Shown: positions 13,126 to 23,751 of the stretch, one piece after another
Layout: every line of letters starts with the position of its first letter
Position numbering within the stretch: position 1 is the stretch's first letter
Assembly (NCBI GenBank): GCA_964106645.2
Contig: OZ067044.1
DNA from: Podarcis pityusensis
Taxonomy: Eukaryota
Reading direction: 5' to 3' (one strand)
DNA: 64,000 nt
Made by a program: the position numbers and the translations under genes
Notes under the pieces: model-generated
What the model was told of the DNA's origin: nothing
Database searches by the model: none
Seen by the model: only the letters and a program-made list of their open reading frames with translations

Positions 13126-15152
13126 GGATATATGATCTATGACAAACAGGTGCAGAAATTCCTTGGACATTTCCCTTCCCCACTTTTGGTATGCACTGTT
13201 ATCCACATGGATAACAATAATATTTCCCTGGGGTGTCTTTGGTAAGGATAACAGACTAGACAGAATTTGAAACACAGCCTCTGCCTTTCTATAGCCACTC
13301 CATTCCTCCAGCTTTCTCAATGGTTTTCTACTCCTCTCTCTCTGAACATAGTGGGAATGGAAGTCCTACGTACCGGACTACGGAAACTCCCAAGAGACAA
13401 ATTTCTAAATGCAAACAGGGAAATACCCTGCAGCTATGAGGATATACATATACTATGCAATTATTACATCTTACGGTTGGTATTGCATGCGGAAATATTT
13501 CTAGCACTGTCCAAAACACTTTGGCTCTAATTCAGAGTCTTGCGAGCACACCCTGGGTTTTGATGTCCTTTCTAACTCAGTAGCCTCACCAAAACCACAA
13601 ATAAACTATACTAAAAGCAGTTTGAAATTGTGCTAGGGAAAGCAAGGAGAGAAAGGCACACCCTCCCTTCAAAGATTAGGATTTTGTTGGATTATAGCCA
13701 TGATGTGGAAATAAGCTCCGCTAAAGTCACTGTAACTAGCTTACTTCCAAGAAATGTAAGAAATTACACTTTAAAAATGGAATCTGTGGAAAATATTAGG
13801 AGCTAAAAATATGTGAAGTAAATTAACTTGCTAGGCTGCCACAAGGCAGCTGCATCAATGTATTGAATTACAGAAACTGTAACCTAAAAAAATTAATGTG
13901 ATGTGAACATGATTAGGTTACAGCAAATGTTTAAACTAAAAAACAATAGCAGAGGGTTGGTATATTGAAGCTGCTTTGTAGGGGAGTGGGAGCTGGTATG
14001 CGGAATGACAAAAGGAAAATGGAGTGTTTCAGATGGACACACAGCAAGATACAAACGTACAGTGCATTGAGTTGAGATGACTTGGGACATAAGAACACAG
14101 CCTTTTCATCTTGCTGCACTTCTCTTATTTTTCTACCTCCATTCCTCCCAACAAACCCTTACACAAGCCTGTGATCTTGAAAAAACTATTTGCCACTTGA
14201 TTCTGCAACTTTTGTTATTTATAAAAGGCCCTAAAACAGAGATCAAAAGAACAAGTCTTAAGAATTCATATTCTTTTTCCACACCTCCTGATGAGTCATT
14301 AGTAAAATAAGTGCATAAACTCACAACTGAAGTAAAAAACAGTTGAGGATACTTTGATATAGCGCCACAAAGGATATGTGCAAGGAGGCAACAGAGGTTA
14401 CAAAAGTGGCCCAGTTCCAATAAGAGTGCTAATAAAAGAATAATGGAATTTTCTTGTACTGTGAATGGAGAGAAAAAACCCTGTGCCACCAGGGAATTTA
14501 GACAAGGGGGAAAAATATCAAAGCTTTGCCTCTTCAGTTGATTCTCTTTATTATATCTTAATTGATCTACTATTACATTTAACTTCAACAGTTCCATATC
14601 ACAAAACTCCCTTCAGAACTCATACTTGTCAATCTTTTTTTAAAAAAAACCATTAATCAATTTACACAAGCTTTACCATTTGAAGCATGATGCCTATGAT
14701 TGCACAGCAAAAAAAGAGCACTTGGATGAATTATTTAGGCTAAAAACATTTCACAATTACACCTTTATGCCTATATATTACACAATTACACCTATATAAG
14801 CACAATTACTGCTTATATATCATTTTACATATGCCTCTCTTTCTGTGTGTCCTGCTCTTTCAAGGAGATTTATGTACCCCAAATTCCAGAAGACAGTATT
14901 AATAATAAAACAAATTAAAACTTCTAAAACCTCCTCCTACAAAATTAATAAGCCAGCAGTCATAATACATTTAATTATTAGCTCAAAATGTAAAAATCTA
15001 CAAACCAACAATTAAAAGGAACAGATAGAGATAGGTCTCTCTCTCTGCTGCCTGGCCCACCATGGTCGAGGTGTGGCTATAGTATAAGGCCTTCCTGCAC
15101 ACCACAAAGCAGCCTCCAATTCTCCCTCCATCCAGCCACTAAAACTGTAGAG

Positions 15153-16186
15153 CAGAGCTTTCCAAACTGTGTGTCGCAACACGTTAGTGTGTTGGCTGCA
15201 GTGTGTAGGTGTGTCGCACAAACGCTCCCAATGCTCCTCCCGGGACTGGAAAGGGGTTAGTTTAACCTCCGATTTGCTAGTAAAACTGAATTACAGTGGT
15301 GCCCCGCAAGACGAATGCCTCGCAAGACGAAAAACTCACTAGACGAAAGGGTTTTGCGCTTTTTGAGCTGCTTCGCAAGACGAATTTCCCTATGGGCTTG
15401 CTTCGCAAGACGAAAACGTCTTGCAAGTTTGTTTCCTTTTTCTTAACACCGTTAATACAGTTGCGACTTGACTTCGAGGAGCAACTCATAGAACGCGGTG
15501 TGGTAGCCTTTTTTGAGGTTTTTAAAGACTTTGGTGATTTTTGAAGCTTTTCCAAAACTTATTTTGCAGCCATTTGGTAAGTTAAACTTTTAAAACTTTT
15601 TTGGGGGGTTTTGGATTTTGGGTTGGGGTGTTTAGAATTCAAGGACTTGGTGTTGGGGAGGGGTTTGCAAGAATCTGGAAGCTTGTGTATTTTTTTCCTG
15701 CATTTTTATGATTTTTTGTGACCATTGGGCCACTCTGCTGTTTTTTTAAAAAATTTCTGGATTTGAATTTCTGTGTGGTGGGTGGCTGGGGGAACAGTTG
15801 AGGAGGGGTTTGCAAGAATCTGGAAGCTTGTGTGGTTTTTTTCTGAATTTTTATGATTTTCTGTGACCATTGGGCCACTCTGCTGTTTTTTAAAAAAATT
15901 TCTGGATTTGAATTTCTGTGTGGTGGGTGTGACTTTAAAGAGCACTTAATAAACTCTTGTTGTACCAAATTTGGCTTCGTTTGGACTTTTTTTGACCATA
16001 GGAATGCAGTAATTGAATTTCAATGCATTCCTATGGGATTTCGTGCTTCGCAAGACGAAAAATTCGCTAGACGAAAAAACTCACGGAACGAATTAATTTC
16101 GTCTTGCGAGGCACCACTGTATTGTGTAGCAAAATGATGCATGTCTAAAAAGTGTGTCACCAGCATGTAAAGTATGGAAAGCTCTG
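15153..16186. mobile_element. hAT (Charlie-like) non-autonomous element interrupted by a Tc1/mariner MITE
   Basis: TIRs CAGAGCTTTCCAAACT / AGTATGGAAAGCTCTG; perfect 8-bp TSD ctgtagag at 15145-15152 and 16187-16194. Confidence 0.9.
15294..16119. mobile_element. Tc1/mariner (pogo/Tigger-like) MITE, copy 2 (826 bp), with internal ~145-bp tandem duplication
   Basis: Same TIRs as 11966-12324; TA TSD at 15292-15293 and 16120-16121; internal repeat units start near 15658 and 15803. Confidence 0.92.
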
Positions 16187-16289
16187 CTGTAGAGGGTGGG
16201 TAAAGAAGGGAGGGGAGGGAAAGAAAGCACAGAAGAGCAACAGAGGTGAGAAAAGAGAAAAGAAAGTGGGAAACAAGGTAGGGCTCTAG

Positions 16290-16351
16290 CACATTGGGTT
16301 CATAGGGAGCCCAGTGAAAAACCACAGTGGGCTCCCTATGAACCCAATGTG
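16290..16351. repeat. Perfect 24-bp inverted repeat with 14-nt loop
   Basis: CACATTGGGTTCATAGGGAGCCCA (16290-16313) is the exact reverse complement of TGGGCTCCCTATGAACCCAATGTG (16328-16351). Confidence 0.95.
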
Positions 16352-17354
16352 GGAGGAACCATCCTAGACTGATGACTGTCCTCCTTATCAAATTCATTTA
16401 AAAACCTGAATTACCAAAATTGTGATAAACATGTCATTGCTACCTGACAGGGCCCTATTGTTATCTGTTTTCCAGATGGCTACCACTAGCTACCTTGAAC
16501 CATGCTCTTGCTTTTGCCTATTCAAGACAATGTTGATGGACAGGTAACCATGATTTCTGAGATTCTTCTGCAGTTTTGAACAGTAGTGTAGGGTGTGTCA
16601 TTATTCCCTCCACTCAGGATGATGTGACTGCCCACATACACTGTTAGAGAGATGGGAAGGATCTGTGCTGGAAATGGATTCCCCATAAAGCAGTAGATGC
16701 ATTCATTACAGTGGGTTAACATCCACATTTTACAGTTTGAGAATCAGTTTTAGACACATAAAGAAAGCCAAGTGCTTGAATTATTCCAACACACAGCTGT
16801 TCAATTATGGCTGGTGCAGAGGAGGAATTCAAAAGGCCTCCCCATGGAAACTTAGAGGAGTATAAAAGAAAATAACCTTCTCAGAATGGTGCTGATTGAC
16901 ATAAGATCCACTGCTGTTGGTCTGAAAATGTGCAGAGCAAAATGTATCAAGACCCTATTGATCTCTAATGGCCTAATTCAAATTAAACTACACCAAGGAA
17001 TGGGAGGAAAGGGAAAACCCATAGGTGGTCCTAACAGACAGTCAGTTGTGTTTTATTCATACAAGTAGGCAAAATGATTCATCAGAGTCAATGACTGGCT
17101 GGTCCAGGTAGACGGGACAGCCCTAAACTCCAACCAAAGAGAAAGGGTGGGGTTTTTTACACAGTAGGTACGTAGCTCTATCCTCAAAGATTGATCCTAG
17201 CAGTACCATGTCCCCAAGCAACAAGAACCACCCCCCAAGGTCACCACAGGGGTTGAACTGGTTGTACATCCTTTAGTAGCTTAAAGGGTGTGTATACCAA
17301 CATCATTAGCAGAGTAGTATTACTGACAAAAAAAATTCTGCAATTTATTTTTAC

Positions 17355-17417
17355 CTTGTGATCATATGGGTTGTACGAGTGAAACAATCTTGACAGTTCT
17401 TTCGTTCTCTGTTTTTT
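17355..17417 (-). CDS. CDKAL1: CDKAL1 coding exon (63 bp): [21 protein letters not shown]
   Basis: The peptide matches the CDKAL1 linker before the TRAM domain. Polypyrimidine tract plus ctacag|AAA acceptor, AAG|gtaaaa donor, phase 0/0. Confidence 0.95.
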
Positions 17418-18561
17418 CTGTAGAAAAACAAGGAAACGTAGCATTATAGAACTGAAAAACAAAATTATTACATGTTGGATGAAGCCGTAGGAAACCTATT
17501 TTTATCCTAGCACTATTTGACTGCAAATCAAAAATATGCTTCATTCACATATTAGTGCTCAGGTTGGAAAGCTCCTTTTTAATAGTTTCATGTTGTGGAA
17601 ATCAGAACTTTCCCACCAAGTTTTTTATTGCTGCTGTATCTATGTTGTGATTAATGCAATGAGTGTATTGACTGTGGCAATCCTACTGTAAGTTTACACT
17701 GATTACTGTTAAACAACGTTTTGAAACATGTGCAAGCGTGTGACAGCAAGAAACAACGCAGAGGATTATGTGTGTTTAAGATGTCCACAACTTCATTGGT
17801 TACAGTGCACACAGTTTAGTGTAGGGTAGGCTGAGGATACCATCACTGGGCAGCTAAACTATACTTGCCAATGTCCCAGGTCCAGCCTATGGGCCCACCA
17901 TGGCACCCCAGGCAACTTCACAGTATGGCAGCCTACCAGCTAGCCAAAATGAGGGTGTGGGCAGAAAGCACCACCCCAAAACCTTACAGGAATTCCCTCA
18001 GGATGCCCATCTCCCACTTAACTCCACCTTGGATGCTGCCAAGTTCCTCTCCCACTTGCAACAAGGTTGTGACAGGTTCTTGGTAACTGCTGTGAGGAAG
18101 GCAAAATCTGCTCAGAGCCAGGACCAATTATACCTTTGGATAAATTTCCTCCTTGCAGCAAGCCTCAGTACACAGCTGTGTACACCAACATAACTTCAAA
18201 TTAAGAATAAAATGAAGGTGGGCGAGCAGGTATGTTGGTGACAGCAATGCCGCAGCTGCAAGGCGGTCCTATATTTAGAGCAGCTGTTTGGCTTTTAGAA
18301 GTGAGGCCTCCGCAGAACCCTGTGCCAACCTGATGCCAGATACCCTCTTTCAAACCCTGTGCAGCACAAACTGGCATCAAGGTGGGAATCTGGAACCTGC
18401 AGGGATAGATTCTGTGCCAACTGTATAAAGACAGATGTCCTCATGTCCTGATTTCACTGACATGCGTGGAAGCGGGCTTCCATGAGTATATCCTTAGCTG
18501 GATGGAGGCCAACAGGTTCAAATGGGTGCAATATACATGACTTCTGAAATAAATCCAGCAA

Positions 18562-18711
18562 CTGGGGCTGCATGTACATAGAAAACTTTTAAAAGCTGAA
18601 ATCTCACTAATAACACGTTTGAACTGTCCTTCAACCAGCCTGTTCCTCTTACCAAACAGCTGATTTGCAGAAATTCAGCTTTTAAAAAGGCTTATGTACA
18701 CACAGCCCCAG
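18562..18711. mobile_element. Palindromic MITE, PIF/Harbinger-like
   Basis: Imperfect ~42-bp terminal inverted repeats CTGGGGCTGCATGTACATAG..TTTTAAAAGCTGAAAT / AATTCAGCTTTTAAAAAGGCTTATGTACACACAGCCCCAG. Confidence 0.65.
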
Positions 18712-19965
18712 CTACTCTGTGATGGACTGGAGCCAGAAAATGGATTAATTTCAGTTAAGGGATTGTTAGAGAGCAGAGTTCCCATCATCACAGAACATTT
18801 ACTGCCAGTCTATTATGCCACTGAGATTATATGATAGTGCCTCAAGTTCACAGGGGTGGTCTAAGACAACTTTCATGTTATATACCAAATACTAAGGGTT
18901 AATAAGACAACTTTTTCTCATTTTTGTGAAAGACTGTCCCTGGATGGATGAAACACAAATTAAACTCACTAAAATAATGCACATTAATATTAACTGACAC
19001 TATCGTTTTTAGCTTTGAAAGCTTTGGGACCAAAAGCAATTTAAAAAAACAGCAACCCACAAACTCCTCCCTGTATGAATTAAAATAGAGTTGATGCCAT
19101 CTTGTTCAATTAAATTACTTCCCACATTAAAGGGAACCCAGAGGAATGAGCAACAAGGTTGATAAACACAAAGTGGTTGCATAATTTTCTGACCAGATAT
19201 AAGTACATTCCTGAAAACCCCAAAGTTATAAACAATATTTGCAAAATTCCTAATAGATTTTAATGTAGAGGTTGAAAGGTGATGTACTATTTTACAATGC
19301 TATGCGATTATGGTGGATATTTATGAAGCAGGCCTCCACAGATCAGGAGAATGAAACATGCAAATCTGACCTTTGATATATACTAAGATTAAGGTAATTT
19401 GATTTATTATATCTAGCAAAGGATTATAGTGGACACGTATGAATGTATTGGTCTGCATAACAAATCTTCAAAAATGTAGAAAAGGTGTGTGGGTGTGGGA
19501 AGTATACCTCCAGTCTCTTTATAATTATTAGATTCTTACCAGGAACACAGTTTAGAAAGAGGCAAAATTGGATCCAAAATTGTGCAAGTGGAATTCTATT
19601 CACACAACATAACTTTGCCACCCCCTTTCAGTTTCCTTATTTCTCTCTGTAAATCTCTACCTTTTTGTGTGTATGGTTTTGTTAACTTGTTTTAATACTT
19701 AATATGAAATTAAATGATTAGAAAACATACTCACTGAAATTGGATGATGGCTGGCAATAACAAAAGTTTGAATTGAATGAGGCCAATGAAACTAATAAAG
19801 CTAAACTCTAATCACTTCCTCACTTCAAATGAAACTCCTAAGTAAAATAATAATAACAATTTTTAAAAATTCCTGGTATCTACTGACCCATGTATACACA
19901 TCTTAACATCTCACATAAGATGAGCTGTCCTTTAAAGATGGGGAGGAGGGAGACAGATCACTTAC

Positions 19966-20146
19966 TACTTGGGCTGGAACTTGATGCATTTTTGCAGCAG
20001 GAGTCCCAGGGCGTGGGTAAAACTGGTTAATAAAAAGACTTGGAAACTTGTACTCTTCTACAAGCTTCATGGTTTCTTGAAAATCTTCATCTGCTTCCCC
20101 TGGAAACCCACAAATGATGTCTGTGGCAATTGTTATTCCAGGCACT
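19966..20146 (-). CDS. CDKAL1: CDKAL1 coding exon (181 bp): (K)[60 protein letters not shown]
   Basis: MTTase motifs TDIIxGFPGE and PRPGTPA. Acceptor tttcag|A completes the AAA codon from the upstream exon; donor GTA|gtaagt. Confidence 0.97.
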
Positions 20147-21502
20147 CTGAAACGAATGAAAACAAGAAGTGTTAAGCTGAAGACTGGACATATTAGCTTC
20201 TTCCCCTAGCAAAATATTAGGCATTTAGAGTGTTGCATAACATACAAAGCATTTACCTATGGAAACTGATAACCATTAAATATAGCTTTATATAAGGAAA
20301 AGCCCAAACTACAAAATTCAACTAGCTTAACTGTCATGGTTTCTCTCCAATACACCCATAAATTTTAGTTCTGCAAGGAAGCTTAGAATTTCTAAGAGAT
20401 CATTCTCGGCATGATACAAAAAATTAAAATTCTCAGGGTTCTTTCAGGGAAGCTGTAACAGTTAAACCATTTTATATTTGCAACATAGATATCAGCCCAG
20501 AGACCAAGGAAGAGGTTAGGAAGGTATGACTTTTGAAAGCGAATGACCAGCTAGACTACAATACTTCAGGGCATTTCTCCGCAGCAATTTCCAGGACTTC
20601 CAGGCTAGCCAGACTCATTGGAAGCACACTGGAAGAGACTGGGACCTTTCTAACCCATGCTGATGGTAAGCCATTTGTGTGGATGGTATGCTGAATACTG
20701 GAATATTCCCCTTCTAGGGTATGGGGTGTGGACTACCAAGGGGATGTGGCAATTGTGCAATGTCAGCACATCCAAGAATGCACACTGACATATACTGAGC
20801 ATATTTTTTGAGCTCTTCCAGGATTTGCATAAATATGTACTCCAAAATTATAATACAGAAACATTCTGAATTCTGTCCTTGCTTCACATGGGAAAGATTT
20901 GCAGCTCTGACAGGCTTAAATGAGGCAAGCTATACGACTCTACAAAATGAATGGCAAGTAGCACTGTCTGACATCTCCAAGATTAATAAGATGCACATTA
21001 TATTTGACAAAAAGCAGTTACAGTTTAGTTATACCAGTCATTTTAATGACACAGCTGGCATTAGCTAAAGCATGTGATACCTACAGCATTGGTAATGACA
21101 TCCACTGCATGTGTATTTCCCAGTTTCTATGGGAACGTGAATGGTAAGTTTCAGTCATGCTAGATTCAGTGAAATGTCTATGACATGTGTTCCATCCAAG
21201 AAAAAAACCCAAAAACCTTCTCTGATTGACATGGAATAATTTTGGTGCTAATATGGAAATTAAAAACTAATGCATTTCCCTCCCTAAATGTTTCTTTCCA
21301 AACAAAATGAAAACTTGGATAAAGAAGAGCAGCAGGCCTGACCTAAATCATAAGATCCCTATGGTTCTCCTAACATTCTTATAGACAATAACACAAACAC
21401 ATTTTAAAAGTAAAAGGGATGTACAAAATCAGTAATTCAGAAAAGAAAAAATGAAATTACTCCAACATCCTCTTTTTTCTTGACCAATTTTTTAAATTAT
21501 GA

Positions 21503-21580
21503 TTTATTATTATTTTTCTCAGAAAAAAATTATTATTTTTTTCTCAGAAAAAAATTATTATTTCTTTCTCAGAAAAAATA
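21503..21580. repeat. Short tandem repeat, about 3 copies of ATTATTATTTTTTTCTCAGAAAAAA
   Basis: Three TTTCTCAGAAAAAA units spaced about 26 bp apart. Confidence 0.85.
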
Positions 21581-23708
21581 AGGAGTTGTTGGGGTATTGC
21601 ATTCTAATTTGCAAGCTTAAAACAATCCCAGGGGTCTGAAATTATTTCCAGTATGTTCATACTGAGAACCTATTCCAAAACCAAATGCAAAAAAGCACTG
21701 TGCAAAAAAAAATCTGCCAGCAGACCTATGTCTGAGCTGCATAACTTCAGATTGCAATAATAATATTGAATGACCAAATGCTCATCCTTATAAAAACAAC
21801 CTCTTCAAATAGAAATCAGTCTGTCAAGGAAATGTTGTAGCCTAGCTTCCTCCCTCACTTTTGGGTGAGAACTCACCCAAAATTGCATGAAATCTTGCAC
21901 ACTCTATAAGAACTTGCCCAAATGGAAGTGGCTGGTTCTCACCTCTAAAGCCCTAACCTGCATGGGACCAGGATATCTTTAGTATTGCTTCCATTCATAT
22001 AAATGGTCCTAAGCTTTACCATCTGGGATGGATGCAGCATTCAGAAAATGATGCTTGGTGAAAGGATACAAATATGCATTGAGTGTCACCCTTTCATTTG
22101 CTAGCTATCTAAGGGTATAAATCAAACATCTACACCAAAAGCTATCTATATATTCCTATTGTGCCATGTAGTATACAAGTAAATGAAAAAAGCACAAACA
22201 GATGTTTACAAACATCTTTAAGAAAAGCCTAAATGAAAGCTACCTCTGGCCAGTATAACAGTGTCATAAATCACTTTGTAGCAGCAGAAAATAAAATCAT
22301 TTGGATCCATACTGAAAAACAGAAAATGTAAATTCAGTATGTGGTATTCAAGGAAGTTTTACTAGAATAAAACTACCGAAATAAATGGACCTAACTTATC
22401 CTTGCTCTGTAATTGAAATGTGTCTACTCTGAGTAAAACATAGTTGAATACCACCCAGTTTAAGGAAGTTTCTTTTTAAAAATGCCAGTTACTGTGTGTT
22501 CTATTGTAAGTTCATTACTTGTATTTAAGCCTTCTGTTTGGATTACTTTTAACAAACTCAAATCTGTTGATGATGTTCATACTTCCAATAAATACATCAG
22601 CAGGAGACTCCTCACAGGCAGGACACCTGCTAACATCTTTTATTCATGTACATGCTCCCGGTGCAGAACAATTACATTGTTTCATATATTGTAAAATGAA
22701 TTCTATAAGCAGATGATATATTACTGCAGCCTACTCTGTCAGGCACTTTCCTTTGTGCTCTAGTTGCACCGAAGTACAAAATGACTTTTCACTGTTGCAT
22801 TTCCTTTTAAAAGTCTGTAATGACAACACACTGCAACACTCTACAAACAGTGAATATTTTAAAATGCAAATACGTCTTTCAGGCTTTTAAAAAATGCAAT
22901 TTGTTTCCATTGCTTCATATACCAGAGGGAAGAACAAGCAATGGCAATGCTTTCCTACATATATTAGGTCACAGTAACTAGAGCTTGGTTTCTGAGAGGT
23001 GCCCACCCACTCCACAAATCAGTGTTTTGTCAAGGCTTTTCATCTCTTCTCCTTTTAACTCTTGTGGCACACTACTACCACCTAATTCCCAGAAAGAAGA
23101 CTTCCTCATCTAAGCTCTTGGCTACTCGCTCCCATCAGACGTAACCTTTGACACACACTGGCTGAACTCAGAAAAAGAGGAAGCAAAATTTGCAGCAATC
23201 CAAGATTTAAAGAGAAGTGGGCTACTGCAAATATACAACCATTCAAGCACAATCTTCAATGGGAAATCTTTGTTTTAATCACCATTACTCTCAGATATTC
23301 AGCATCCTGACTATGAACATTTTCATTAACCTATCCGCCTGAAGTACTGAGCTGCCCCCTTCCAGAAACATGTCGTACTGTGTGTTATTTGAATGAGCCA
23401 CTAAAAGATTTATCTATCAAGTAATTCATCATCCGATAACTTTCCACAACGTGTTTGACATATATGCTTGGTAAATTTCCTATCTATATCATGCCAAGTG
23501 GTAGGAAGAATTTATTCCCCATCCTATGAATAAATGTTAAATATCAACACATTATAAATACTATAAAACAGGCAGAAAGGATTCTTCTGCAGAGTATTTT
23601 TGAATAGAGGAAATAACTGGACAATTTGGCAATTGATACATTTGATTATAAACAGAGATAACCTAAGTTCCTTTGGCTTTTTCCTTCTAGGCTTATTGAC
23701 ATGGTGGC

Positions 23709-23750
<42 letters not shown>
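23709..23750. repeat. (TATC)n microsatellite
   Basis: About 10 tandem ATCT units. Confidence 0.97.

Positions 23751-23751
<1 letters not shown>

Noticed and set aside
14285-14310. CTGATGAG hammerhead-like core (similar CTGAAGA at about 59873)
   Set aside because: No stem II followed by GAAA and no closing stems; an intact ribozyme is not supported.
14133-14597. Longest ORF in the track (154 aa), and other short intronic ORFs
   Set aside because: No recognisable domain, non-coding composition and no splice support; expected by chance.
15639-15968. ORFs with an internally repeated peptide
   Set aside because: They derive from the 145-bp duplication inside a MITE; no transposase motifs are present.
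1-17354. Search for the downstream TRAM-domain exons
   Set aside because: No matching peptide seen; probably outside the window.
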